Positions 50,280 through 60,332 of a stretch of 64,000 nt of DNA are shown piece by piece; position 1 is the first letter of the stretch, and every line of letters begins with the position of its first letter. Below the pieces are notes generated by a model. It did not search any database and had not been told where the DNA came from. It worked only from the letters and a program-made list of their open reading frames with translations. Made by a program: the position numbers and the translations under genes. Source of the stretch: Chloroflexota bacterium (GTDB lineage Bacteria > Chloroflexota > Anaerolineae > DTLA01). The stretch lies in NCBI GenBank assembly GCA_014874485.1, contig JADBJK010000011.1:144328-208327 (forward strand). The letters are read 5' to 3'.

Positions 50280-53200
50280 ATGTTTCGTGAGGTTACGCCA
50301 CAGGTCAACTTTCCGAAAATGGAAGAGGGCATCCTGGAGTTCTGGCGGGCGCACAACGTCTTCGCCAAGACGCTGGAACTCCGCAAGGACGCGCCCCGCT
50401 GGGTGTTCTACGAGGGGCCGCCCACGGCCAACGGTCGCCCCCACGCCGGGCACGTCCTGCCCCGCGTCCTGAAGGACCTGTTCCCCCGCTATCGCACCAT
50501 GAAGGGCTACTACGTCCTGCGCAAGGGCGGGTGGGACACCCAGGGCCTGCCCGTTGAACTGGAAGTGGAAAAGGAACTCAAGATCAACAGCAAGGCCGAG
50601 ATTGAAGCCTACGGCGTGGAGGCGTTCAACCAGAAGTGCCGCGAGAGCGTGTGGAAGTACGTCAAAGAGTGGGAGCAACTGACGGAGCGCATCGCCTTCT
50701 GGGTGGATTTGGAAAACGCCTACATCACGTACAAGACCGAGTACATAGAATCGCTGTGGTGGATTCTAAAACAACTGTGGGACAAGGGCCTCATCTACCA
50801 GGGGTACAAGGTGGTGCCCTACTGCGCTCGCTGCGGCACGTCCCTGTCCAGCCATGAGGTGTCCCAGGGCTACCGCGACGTGCAGGACCCGTCGGTCTTC
50901 GTCAAGTTCCCGCTGCGGGATGAGCCGGGCACCTACTTCCTCGTCTGGACCACGACGCCGTGGACGCTGCCCGGCAACGTGGCGCTGGCGGTGCACCCGC
51001 ACGTGGAGTACGTGCTGGTGCAGCAGGGCGACGACAAACTCATCCTCGCCAAGGCGCTGCTGGATTACGCCCTGCGCGGCGAGTATCAGGTCCTGCGCTC
51101 GTTGAAGGCGAAGGAACTCATCGGCAAGCACTATCGGCCTCTCTACACCTTCCTGCCGGTGGACAAGGACTACGCCTACGTGGTGGGCGCGGAGTTCGTC
51201 AACACCGAGGAGGGCACCGGCATCGTCCACATCGCGCCGGCCTTCGGCGCCGACGACCTGGACGTGGGCAAGGAGTACAACCTCCCCGTGCTGATGACGG
51301 TGGATTTGCGCGGGCGGTTCGTGAACGAGGTAACGCCCTGGCGCGGGATGTTCGTCAAGGACGCCGACCCGCTCATCACCGACGACCTCAAGGCGCGGGG
51401 CCTGCTTTACCGCGCGGGCAAGTACGAGCACTCGTACCCCTTCTGCTGGCGCTGCCACCAGCCGCTGCTCTACTACGCCAAGACCACCTGGTACATTGAG
51501 ACCACCAAGGTCCGCGACCAGATGCTGGCGACCAACGAACAGATCAACTGGTATCCGGAGCACATCAAGCACGGGCGGTTCGGCAACTGGCTAGAGACCA
51601 ATGTGGACTGGGCGCTGGGCCGCGAGCGGTACTGGGGCACGCCGCTGCCCATCTGGGAGTGCCAGGACTGCGGCCACCGCGATTGCATCGGGAGCCTGGC
51701 GGAGTTGAGCGAGAAGGCCGGGCGCGACCTGTCGGGCCTGGACCCGCACCGCCCGTTCGTGGATGCCGTCGTGCTCAAATGCCCCAACTGCGGCGGGCAG
51801 ATGCGCCGCATCCCAGAGGTGGCCGACGCCTGGTTTGACTCCGGCTCCATGCCCGTGGCCCAGTGGCACTATCCGTTTGAGAATCAGGACGTCTTCAAGG
51901 AGCAGTTCCCGGCCGACTTCATCTGCGAGGCCATTGACCAGACGCGCGGGTGGTTTTACACGCTCCACGCCGTGGCCACCATGCTGTTCAACAGCCCGGC
52001 GTACAAGAACTGCCTGGTTACCGAGTTCGGCACCGACGAGAAGGGTGCCAAGATGAGCAAGCACGTGGGCAACGTGGTGGACCCGTGGCCCATCCTCAAC
52101 GAGCAGGGGGCCGACGCGCTGCGCTGGTACACCTACTCGGTGGCCGCGCCCTGGTATCCGCGCCGCTTCGGCAACGAACTGGTGCGCGAGACGCTGCGCC
52201 GCTTCCTGCTCACGGTGTGGAACACCTACTCGTTCTTCGTAACCTACGCACGCATTGACAACTTCAACCCCATGGAGCACCACATGCCCGTTTCCAAGCG
52301 GTCGGAACTGGACCGCTGGGTGCTGTCGGAGTTGAACCTGCTGGTGGAGCGCGTGGACACGTCGCTGGACAAGTACGACGTAACGGGGGCCACCCGCGCC
52401 ATTGAGGCATTCGTGGACGGGTTGAGCAACTGGTACGTCCGCCGAAGCCGCCGCCGGTTCTGGAAGAGCGGCGAGGACACGGACAAGGTCGCCGCGTACC
52501 TGACCTTGTACGAGTGCCTGGTAACGCTGGCCAAGTTGATGGCTCCGTTCACGCCGTTCCTGTCGGAGGAGATGTACCAGAACCTGGTGCGCAGCGTGGA
52601 TTCGGGCGCGCCGCTCAGTGTGCACCTGTGCGACTTCCCCGTCGCCGACCGCGCCGCAATTGACAACGCCCTGGTGTCGGATGTACAATTGGTGCGGCAG
52701 GTGGTGAGCCTGGGCCACGCAGCCCGCAACGCCGCCAACCTCAAGGTGCGCCAGCCGCTGGCAAAGGTCGTCGTCAAGCCCAGGGACGAGGCCGGGCGGG
52801 CGGTTGTGGAACGGATGGCAGCCGTCATCACCGACGAACTGAACGTGAAGGCGCTGGAAGTGGTGGCGCAGGCGGATGACCTGGTGCGGTACGAGATCGG
52901 CCTGCTGCCCAACGTGCTCGGCAAGAAGCACGGTGCCCTGTTCCCGAAACTCCGCGCGGCGGTGGCGGCGCTCCCCGCAGCGGATTTGGCCCGCGAGTTG
53001 CAGGCGGGCAAGAGTGTGCGCGTCCCTGTGGACGGTCAAGAGATAGAACTCCTGCCGGAAGAGGCGGAGGTGCGCGTCCACAGCGCAGAGGGCTTCTCGG
53101 CGGCGGAGGAGAACGGCCTCATCGTGGCCGTCAGCACCGCCCTCACCGAGGCGCTCGTGCGCGAGGGCCTGGCGCGGGAAGTCGTGCGGCGTATCCAGAC

Positions 53201-53423
53201 CCAGCGCAAGGACGCAGGCTTCCGGATTGAGGACCACATTCGGGTCTTCTACCGCTGCGGCGCAGAGTTGCAGGCAGTCTTCGCCGAGTTCGGCGACTAC
53301 ATCCGGCAGGAAACGCTGGCCGACGAAATGACAGAGGGCGACGCTCCGCAGGGCGCTCACCTGCAGGAGCACAATCTGGACGGCGAACCCCTGGTCTTGG
53401 GGTTGCTCAGAATAGAAGGGTAG
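50280..53423 (+). CDS. ileS: Isoleucine-tRNA ligase (type 2-like)
   Basis: YEGPPTANGRPHAGH, WTTTPWTLPGN, DQTRGWF, KMSKH, LSNWYVRRSRRRFW. Confidence 0.97.
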   Translation: MFREVTPQVNFPKMEEGILEFWRAHNVFAKTLELRKDAPRWVFYEGPPTANGRPHAGHVLPRVLKDLFPRYRTMKGYYVLRKGGWDTQGLPVELEVEKELKINSKAEIEAYGVEAFNQKCRESVWKYVKEWEQLTERIAFWVDLENAYITYKTEYIESLWWILKQLWDKGLIYQGYKVVPYCARCGTSLSSHEVSQGYRDVQDPSVFVKFPLRDEPGTYFLVWTTTPWTLPGNVALAVHPHVEYVLVQQGDDKLILAKALLDYALRGEYQVLRSLKAKELIGKHYRPLYTFLPVDKDYAYVVGAEFVNTEEGTGIVHIAPAFGADDLDVGKEYNLPVLMTVDLRGRFVNEVTPWRGMFVKDADPLITDDLKARGLLYRAGKYEHSYPFCWRCHQPLLYYAKTTWYIETTKVRDQMLATNEQINWYPEHIKHGRFGNWLETNVDWALGRERYWGTPLPIWECQDCGHRDCIGSLAELSEKAGRDLSGLDPHRPFVDAVVLKCPNCGGQMRRIPEVADAWFDSGSMPVAQWHYPFENQDVFKEQFPADFICEAIDQTRGWFYTLHAVATMLFNSPAYKNCLVTEFGTDEKGAKMSKHVGNVVDPWPILNEQGADALRWYTYSVAAPWYPRRFGNELVRETLRRFLLTVWNTYSFFVTYARIDNFNPMEHHMPVSKRSELDRWVLSELNLLVERVDTSLDKYDVTGATRAIEAFVDGLSNWYVRRSRRRFWKSGEDTDKVAAYLTLYECLVTLAKLMAPFTPFLSEEMYQNLVRSVDSGAPLSVHLCDFPVADRAAIDNALVSDVQLVRQVVSLGHAARNAANLKVRQPLAKVVVKPRDEAGRAVVERMAAVITDELNVKALEVVAQADDLVRYEIGLLPNVLGKKHGALFPKLRAAVAALPAADLARELQAGKSVRVPVDGQEIELLPEEAEVRVHSAEGFSAAEENGLIVAVSTALTEALVREGLAREVVRRIQTQRKDAGFRIEDHIRVFYRCGAELQAVFAEFGDYIRQETLADEMTEGDAPQGAHLQEHNLDGEPLVLGLLRIEG

Positions 53424-53715
53424 AAAGGCTGTACACGACAACCGAAAGAGGGAAGGGCAGTCATCCAGAGGAGGGAAGTCGCGCGGAATCCATGCAAGGC
53501 ACAACAACGCAACAACCCTAGTCCCCGGCCTTAGGAGGCGCGAGGCTCATTCAATTCGCGTCCGTCGGGGCCTTGTGCCTGTGCGGGCTGGGTACGTCGG
53601 GGCCGCCGGCTGAAGCGGGCCAGCAGGCGTGCCAGTCGGGGGGCACCGACCTCTGGGAGGCCCTGGGCCTGCCTGCGAGGCAGGATGCCTGCCCTGAGCA
53701 TCAGGGGAGACGACA

Positions 53716-54060
53716 ATGGTAGTCCGAAGTTACGAGCAACTGCATACCATGCTGTTGAAAGAGCAGCAGCGGCTCAAAGCGGCGATTGCGCAGCATCCGG
53801 TCATGGAACGGACTCCCGCCGGATATGGCAATCACGCGGCAGATGACGCGACGGACGTTTTTGACCAGGCGGCGAACGTTTCCTTGCTGCAGAGTCTGTG
53901 GCGCAATCTGGAAGAGGTGGAGGCGGCGCTGGACCGCTTTGAGCGGGGCACGTATGGCCTGTGCCTGCGGTGCGGGGAGAAGATTGAGTGGGCGCGGCTG
54001 GAGGCGCACCCGCAGGCGGCCTTGTGCATGCGCTGCCAGCGGCGGCAAGAATCGCGGTAG
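53716..54060 (+). CDS. TraR/DksA C4 zinc-finger protein
   Basis: NHAADDATD, GTYGLCLRCG, RLEAHP..LCMRC. Confidence 0.9.
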   Translation: MVVRSYEQLHTMLLKEQQRLKAAIAQHPVMERTPAGYGNHAADDATDVFDQAANVSLLQSLWRNLEEVEAALDRFERGTYGLCLRCGEKIEWARLEAHPQAALCMRCQRRQESR

Positions 54061-54074
54061 GCCGCACGATCAGG

Positions 54075-54533
54075 TTGGCACCTTTGCCCAAACACAGATG
54101 GATTTTGCCCCTGGTTTCGGTGCTGGCGTTCGCCGCCGACCAGGGGAGCAAGGTTGTGCTGCGCGCGGCGCTGCCCGACGGCGCGGTGTGGACGCCGTTT
54201 CGGGGTGTGGCGTGGTTGTACCTGCGCGCGGGAACGAACACCGGAGCCGCCTTTGGCCTGTTTCAGGGGGCCGGGGCGGTTTTCGTTTGGGTTGCGGCGG
54301 CGGCCCTCGTCGCCATCGCGTGGGCTTACCTGCGGCAGCCGCGCATGGCCGTGCCCGTCGCGGTGGGGCTGGGCCTCATCGCGGGCGGCGCTGCGGGCAA
54401 CCTGCTGGATCGGCTCCTGCTGGGCGGCGCGGTGGACTTCGTCCGCGTTGGCCCACTGCCCGCCTTCAACCTAGCGGACGTGTGCATTGTCCTGGGCGCG
54501 GCGGTGCTGGCGGCGAGCCAGGCGCGACGGTAG
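54075..54533 (+). CDS. lspA: Lipoprotein signal peptidase II
   Basis: ADQGSK, NTGAAFG, GNLLDR, VDF, FNLAD. Start uncertain. Confidence 0.9.
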   Translation: MAPLPKHRWILPLVSVLAFAADQGSKVVLRAALPDGAVWTPFRGVAWLYLRAGTNTGAAFGLFQGAGAVFVWVAAAALVAIAWAYLRQPRMAVPVAVGLGLIAGGAAGNLLDRLLLGGAVDFVRVGPLPAFNLADVCIVLGAAVLAASQARR

Positions 54534-54615
54534 GCCGCCTTGGGTCCCGGCGCCATTTGCCGCTGGGACGCCAACCCCGTACAATCCTGCCAATCCCATA
54601 CATCGGAGGCGCAAC

Positions 54616-55455
54616 GTGATCCTGCTCTCCACCGGAACCCTCAACACTCTGGGGCTGTCCCGCATCTTCGCCATGGCCGCCGAGGCCGGGTTTGACGGGA
54701 TAGAGATCATGGTGGACGGCCGGCTGGACACCCGCGACGCGCGCTACCTGCGCCGTCTGTCGTCGGACTTCGGCCTGCCCATCACCGCCGTCCACAGCCC
54801 ATTCCTGCCGGATGTAGAAGGCTGGCCCGCCGACCAGTTGGGCCGCCTGGAGCGCACCCTGGCCCTCGCCGGCGAGTTGGGCGTGGGCCTCGTCGTTACG
54901 CACCTGCCCTACCGCCTCTACCTGATGTGGATTGCTGCAACCGGCCCCAGGGCGTTCCGTTTCACCACGCCGCTCCCCTGGCTACGGCGCGGGCCGTACT
55001 ACGCCCTGCTGCGCGATGGCGGCCTGGCCGCGCTGGAGGAGGAGACCGGCATCACCATCGCGGTGGAGAACATGCCCGCGCGGAGGTTTCTGGGGCGGCT
55101 GCGGAGGCTGTACTGGTTCAACACGCCCGACGAGATGCGCCGCTTCCCCCACCTGACGCTGGACACGACGCACCTGGGCACCTGGGGATTGGACCCTGTC
55201 GCGGTGTACGGGCAGTTGCACGACCGCGTGGTTCACGTGCACCTGTCCAACTTCGCGGGGGGCAAGGAGCATCGCGCCCCGATGGACGGCGACCTGGCGC
55301 TGGGCGAGTTCTTGCAGGCGCTGGCGCGGAACCGCTACGCCGGCACGGTCAGCGTGGAAGGCGAACCGAACGCCTTTCACGCCGACGACGAGGCCGCCTG
55401 CCTGGCCGAACTGCGCGCGGCGCTGGCCTTCTGCAGGGAACACCTGAGGCAGTAG
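54616..55455 (+). CDS. Sugar phosphate isomerase/epimerase (xylose-isomerase-like TIM barrel)
   Basis: GFDGIE, VENMP, LDTTH, HVHLS, H..P..G; GTG start with GGAGG. Confidence 0.85.
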   Translation: MILLSTGTLNTLGLSRIFAMAAEAGFDGIEIMVDGRLDTRDARYLRRLSSDFGLPITAVHSPFLPDVEGWPADQLGRLERTLALAGELGVGLVVTHLPYRLYLMWIAATGPRAFRFTTPLPWLRRGPYYALLRDGGLAALEEETGITIAVENMPARRFLGRLRRLYWFNTPDEMRRFPHLTLDTTHLGTWGLDPVAVYGQLHDRVVHVHLSNFAGGKEHRAPMDGDLALGEFLQALARNRYAGTVSVEGEPNAFHADDEAACLAELRAALAFCREHLRQ

Positions 55456-55464
55456 GCAAGGCAC

Positions 55465-55918
55465 GACTACTTTGCCGTAGGGATTCTTGATGCCGTGTCA
55501 TTGCGAGAGCGCACCACGCCCGTGGGGACAATTCATGAATTGTCCCCACTGAGGCGCGGAGCGCCGAAGAATCTCGTGAACCGAGATGCTTCGCTTCGCT
55601 CGCAATGACGCGAGAAGGCACGTGCGACGCACCTCGGAGGTGCGTCGCACGTGGGCCGACTGGATGGCTTCCCTTCGCTCGCAATGACAGCCAGAGGTGT
55701 CATTGCGAGGGTGCAAAGCACCCGAAGCAATCCCGGCAGACTGTCATTCTGGGGCGCGGAGCGCCGAAGAATCTCGTGAACCGAGATGCTTCGCTTCGCT
55801 CGCAATGACGCGAGAAGGCACGTGCGACGCACCTCGGAGGTGCGTCGCACGTGGGCCGACTGGATGGCTTCCCTTCGCTCGCAATGACAGCGGGTAATTC
55901 CCCCGTAGTCAACCACTA
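55465..55918. mobile_element. MITE-like element with 200-bp tandem units
   Basis: Both termini, variant palindrome 55522-55549, nested GTGCGACGCACCTCGGAGGTGCGTCGCAC hairpins; ends at the TAG of the next gene. Confidence 0.75.
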
Positions 55919-56794
55919 CATCGGCGCGCGGCCGTTGTGCACCCAAATCTCCTGCTGGCAGGTGAAATCCTTCGCCAGTCGCCGGTTGATGGATGCCCTA
56001 AGCACCCAGGTTACCACGCTTCGCCCGGTCCGGCGTGAAGGGCACCCCTGCTTCGGAATCAAGACGCTGAACGGGAAATCCGTCGCGGTTCCGGGGCGGA
56101 AGTCCTTGCCCCCTGCCAGGTCCACCTTCGCCTCGGTAACCGTGTGAGTGTTGCCAAGACCGCGCGGCACGTACTCGGTGCGCACCAGTTCCAACCGCAC
56201 GCCGCTGGCGCCGAAGCCCTTGCGCGGGGCAATCCGCACCAGACCCTCAACCTGCTCGCCTTCCACCCAGTCCAGGCGCGGGAGCACGAACTTGATGTCC
56301 ACGTCATCCGGGTGGCTGCACAGGCCGAACGTGCCCGACTGGCTCGTTTCCGGCGGCGGCACGATGATGGGAATCTCCACCTCTGCCGAGATGTCCTTCT
56401 TCATGGGGCGGTTCATCACCGCCTTGATGAGCCAGCGGTTCTGCGTGATCTTGCCGGTGTAGGGCGGCGCAATGTCCAGCGGGATGCGGAAGTCCACGCG
56501 GTAGGTCTGCCGAAAGCGGGCAGGAATCGTCCCCTCGTCTACGAGGGTTTCGGTGAGCAGGGCATCTTCGGCCGTCGTCCACACGCTGGAGATATCCCCT
56601 TCGTTGTCGCGCTCGCGGTACTGGTACTTCTCCCAGGCGACCAGCGCCACGGAGACGGAACGCACTTTGACCTCGGTTTCGGTCTCCAGTGCGGCCGTAG
56701 CGTGGATGGTCTCGCCTGCGTAGTAGGGCAAGCCGGGCTTGTCCACCGAGACACTGATGTTGGCCTTTTCGCTTTTCAGGAACCCGAGCACCAT
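55916..56794 (-). CDS. Arrestin-fold / Spo0M-like protein (two tandem domains)
   Basis: Duplicated pattern Y.AGET/W.EGEQ..F.IP..P..W..KA...R...KD. Confidence 0.7.
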   Translation of the reverse strand: MVLGFLKSEKANISVSVDKPGLPYYAGETIHATAALETETEVKVRSVSVALVAWEKYQYRERDNEGDISSVWTTAEDALLTETLVDEGTIPARFRQTYRVDFRIPLDIAPPYTGKITQNRWLIKAVMNRPMKKDISAEVEIPIIVPPPETSQSGTFGLCSHPDDVDIKFVLPRLDWVEGEQVEGLVRIAPRKGFGASGVRLELVRTEYVPRGLGNTHTVTEAKVDLAGGKDFRPGTATDFPFSVLIPKQGCPSRRTGRSVVTWVLRASINRRLAKDFTCQQEIWVHNGRAPM

Positions 56795-56846
56795 TTTGTC
56801 CCTCCAGATTGTGGTCCCCCATCGCGCGGATGGGGGGATGATGTGC

Positions 56847-58514
56847 CTACGGAAGCGTGATTTCCCAGAACCCCTTGCGCTGCCACGCGGCATAGTGCCC
56901 GTCGTCGTCCAGCGCGCTGGCGTAGATGTATCGCCAGCCTGCGAAGGCGGGCTTGAACCGCAGCGCCCAGTTGGACACCAGCGTGTCAGCCGTGCCGACG
57001 GCCGTGCACGCGGCCACATCCACGATGACGCGGCCGTTCTCTATGGTGTTCGGCGAGCCCGGCGCGTAGCCGCCCAGCCAGGCTGTGTTGGCATCGTTGC
57101 GCAGGAAGATCTTGTTCAGGTCGCGGTTGTACGCCAGATAGACCACGTTGCCGCTGACGCTGGGGGTTTGGCCCACCAGCAGGTAGGCGATCTTCAAGTT
57201 GTCCAGGCCATCCGGGTCGCCGAACTGGGTGGTGAGGTGCGCCACCTCTCCTGCCGCGCTGGTGCCCGATGCCGGGTTCACCGCGCCGACGCACGGCGGA
57301 TGGCCGGTCGTCCCCACGCCCCACGCGCCGATGTTCTGCCAGCCGGAGTTCAGCCCGCTGTAGTCCACGCCCGCCACGTACAGGTTGTACGCATGGCCCG
57401 CGAAGGGAGCCTTGAACGTGATCTTCCAGCGCACCACCAATCGGCCATCCACCTCGGCGGCGGATGACTCGGCGACGTGGAGCGTGGCGCGGCCGGTGTT
57501 CAGGTCGCCGCCGCTACCGGGCGCGCCGCCCACGATCCAGGCCGTGCCGGCGTCGTTGCGCAGGCTCATCTTGTTGACCTGGCGGTTGTAGGCCATGCCC
57601 ACGCCGTTGGTGTACGACGGCGCGGTGTTGATGATGAAATACACGAGTTTCAGGTCGGCGAAGCCGTCGGGGTCCTCCACGACGGTGATGAGTTCCACCT
57701 TTTCGCCCGGGTCGCTGCGCCCGCACCACACGTCAAACCCGGGCACTGCGGGCGCGCGGTTGGGGATGCGCGTGGCCGTGGGCGCGGCGGTACGGGTGGG
57801 CGTGGGCGTGCGCGTCGGCGTCTGCGTGGGCGTGGGCGACAGGGTCGGGCTGGGCGTGGCGGTCATGGCCGGGCCGCGGATGTCGGTGCAGGTCCAGTCG
57901 TCGTTCACCGGCGTGTCGGGGTCGTCGGTCGGCTCGTCGGCCACACACGGCCCGGAGGCGCACCGCACGGACACCAAGCCCATGTTGCAGATGCGGTCGG
58001 GTCCCACCTGCACCACAACGCGGAACCGCACCGTAATCACACCGCCCGGGTCAATGCTGCCCGCGACGATGATGGGAATCTCGCTGACCACGCTGCCCGC
58101 CGGTGAAACGTTCACGCTCCCCGCCACGAGCGTTGTCCCGGCCGGTATCTGATCGGTGAAGGTGAAGGCGGCCGTGGCGGACAGGTTGGACTGGATGACG
58201 ACCCCATATTCCACAGTGTCGCCGGGGGAAACTTGGCCATCGTGGGCCAAGTCGTCCACCAGGGTGTCCACCTTCCAGACGCAGAGCGGCTCGGCGCAGG
58301 CCGGGGGCCATGGCGTCGGCGTGGGCGTGTCCGTCGGGGTCGGCGTCGGGGTGTCGGCGGGGATGCCGGTCTCGGTGGGCGTCTCCGTGATGCCCGCAAC
58401 GACCGGGGGCGCAGCCTCCGTCTGGGTGCCCGGCGAGAGGGCCACGACCCCCAGGGCAACCAGGACCAGGGCCATCACGACAAAGGGCATCGCGCTGCCT
58501 CGTTCGCGCTGCAT
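56847..58514 (-). CDS. Secreted protein: DUF11-like Ig domain, PT linkers, two ~120-aa tandem repeats
   Basis: Signal peptide; PGDTVEY, FTDQIPAGT; repeats DPDG..AYNR..NK..LRNDA.TAW. Confidence 0.75.
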   Translation of the reverse strand: MQRERGSAMPFVVMALVLVALGVVALSPGTQTEAAPPVVAGITETPTETGIPADTPTPTPTDTPTPTPWPPACAEPLCVWKVDTLVDDLAHDGQVSPGDTVEYGVVIQSNLSATAAFTFTDQIPAGTTLVAGSVNVSPAGSVVSEIPIIVAGSIDPGGVITVRFRVVVQVGPDRICNMGLVSVRCASGPCVADEPTDDPDTPVNDDWTCTDIRGPAMTATPSPTLSPTPTQTPTRTPTPTRTAAPTATRIPNRAPAVPGFDVWCGRSDPGEKVELITVVEDPDGFADLKLVYFIINTAPSYTNGVGMAYNRQVNKMSLRNDAGTAWIVGGAPGSGGDLNTGRATLHVAESSAAEVDGRLVVRWKITFKAPFAGHAYNLYVAGVDYSGLNSGWQNIGAWGVGTTGHPPCVGAVNPASGTSAAGEVAHLTTQFGDPDGLDNLKIAYLLVGQTPSVSGNVVYLAYNRDLNKIFLRNDANTAWLGGYAPGSPNTIENGRVIVDVAACTAVGTADTLVSNWALRFKPAFAGWRYIYASALDDDGHYAAWQRKGFWEITLP

Positions 58515-58760
58515 GGCACTCCTCCTTGTTCCTGTAACGCAAAACCCGACCGGCGGGTTCGCATTCGGCGTTGGGGGTAGGATAGCACCTCCCGCGACGG
58601 GCGTCAAGGGCGTCGTCGTGGTGCCGAACTCGCCGGCATGGCAGAAAACCACAGGGCGCGTCGCACCTGTGCTGCGCCTTTGCGGTCGCTGCAGCCCTCA
58701 ACCGCTTGACTTGCAGGCGGGTGTGCGCTATGATTGGGCAACGCGAACGTAGGAGGCCGC

Positions 58761-59462
58761 ATGATACCGCTGAAAGACACCATTCGGGCGCGGGGGTTCT
58801 CCATCGTCAACTGGGGCCTCATCGCCGCCAACGTGGGCGTGTTCCTGGTGATGACCTGGCTCAGCCCGGCGCAGCAGGAGTCGCTCATCCGCGCGCTGGG
58901 CGTGGTCCCCGCCCGCCTGCTGGGCAGCCTCGGCCTGGGCCAGGCGCTGACGCTCCTCACGTCCCAGTTCCTGCACGGAGGCTGGTTCCACCTCATCAGC
59001 AACATGTGGGCACTCTACATCTTCGGCGACAACGTGGAGGACTGCATGGGGAGCCGCCGCTACCTGGCGTTCTACCTGTTCTCGGGCGTGGTGGCGGGGC
59101 TAACGCAGGCGCTCCTCTCCCCCAATTCCGGCGTCCCGATGGTCGGGGCCAGCGGGGCCATCGCGGGGGTGCTGGGCGCGTACCTGGTGCTGTTCCCCCA
59201 GTCGCGGGTCATCACGCTGGTGCCCGTCTTCCTGTTCCCGTGGTTCGTGCAGATACCGGCGGTGCTGTACCTGTTCCTGTGGTTCGTGTCGCAACTGTTC
59301 AGCGGGCTGTTCGCGCTGGCCGCCGCCGACGCGGTGGGCATGTACGGCGGCGTGGCCTGGTGGGCCCACGTGGGCGGGTTCGTTACCGGGCTGGTGCTGG
59401 CCCGCGTGCTGGCGCGGCGCGGATACAACCGCTGCTATGCCGACGAAATCTATCCCTGGTAA
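58761..59462 (+). CDS. Rhomboid family intramembrane serine protease
   Basis: FLHGGWFH..NM, GASGA, AHVGG; AGGAGG RBS; TTGACT-17-TATGAT promoter. Confidence 0.93.
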   Translation: MIPLKDTIRARGFSIVNWGLIAANVGVFLVMTWLSPAQQESLIRALGVVPARLLGSLGLGQALTLLTSQFLHGGWFHLISNMWALYIFGDNVEDCMGSRRYLAFYLFSGVVAGLTQALLSPNSGVPMVGASGAIAGVLGAYLVLFPQSRVITLVPVFLFPWFVQIPAVLYLFLWFVSQLFSGLFALAAADAVGMYGGVAWWAHVGGFVTGLVLARVLARRGYNRCYADEIYPW

Positions 59463-59482
59463 ACCGCAAGGAGGTTATCGCC

Positions 59483-60328
59483 ATGTCGCTGTTTGATGTC
59501 TTCTGGTTCTTCCTCATCATCTCATCGCTCACCCCCTTGCTCAGGCAGAGGATGCTGGACGCGGCGCGGGTCCGTACCATGCGCAAACTGGAGATCAAGC
59601 GCAAGAGCCGCGTCATCGCCCTCATTCACCGGCAGGAGACGTTCTCGTTCCTGGGGCTGCCCCTGGCGCGCTACATTGACGTGCACGACTCGGAGCAGAT
59701 TCTGCGGGCCATCCACCTGACCGACCCCGAAGTGCCCATTGACCTCATCATCCACACGCCGGGCGGGCTGGTCCTGGCCGCCGAGCAAATCGCCTACGCC
59801 CTGTGCCGCCACAAGGGGCCGGTTACCGTGTTCGTGCCCCACTACGCCATGTCGGGCGGCACGATGATCGCGCTGGCCGCCGACCATATCGTGATGGACC
59901 CCAACGCCGTCCTGGGGCCGGTGGATCCCCAACTGGGGCAGTGGCCCGCCGCGTCCATCGTGAAGGCCGTGGAGCAGAAGGACGTGAACGAGGTGGACGA
60001 CCAGACGCTCATCATGGCCGACATGGCGCGCAAGGCCCTGGCGCAGGTCAAGCGGACCGTGATGCAGATTCTCAGCGAGAACAACATGCCCGCCGACAAG
60101 GCCGAGGAACTGGCCACGGTGCTCACATCGGGCACGTGGACGCACGATTACCCCATCTCGGTGCGCGAGGCGCAGGAACTGGGCCTGCCGGTGAGCACCG
60201 ACATGCCCGCCGAGGTGTACGAACTCATGAACCTGTACCCGCAGACCGTGCAGCGGCGGCCCTCGGTGGAGTACATCCCGACGCCCTACGCGCCGCCTGC
60301 CCGGCCCGCCCGCAACGGCAAGGAGTAG
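59483..60328 (+). CDS. SDH_sah / ClpP-like serine protease
   Basis: IHTPGG, AMSGGT, LGPVDPQ, WTHDYP. Confidence 0.9.
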   Translation: MSLFDVFWFFLIISSLTPLLRQRMLDAARVRTMRKLEIKRKSRVIALIHRQETFSFLGLPLARYIDVHDSEQILRAIHLTDPEVPIDLIIHTPGGLVLAAEQIAYALCRHKGPVTVFVPHYAMSGGTMIALAADHIVMDPNAVLGPVDPQLGQWPAASIVKAVEQKDVNEVDDQTLIMADMARKALAQVKRTVMQILSENNMPADKAEELATVLTSGTWTHDYPISVREAQELGLPVSTDMPAEVYELMNLYPQTVQRRPSVEYIPTPYAPPARPARNGKE

Positions 60329-60332
60329 CGCA

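Noticed and set aside
53461..53480. SAM-I-like ATCCAGAG..GAGGGA
   Set aside because: Lacks GCAACC, the P3/P4 helices and the closing GAT.
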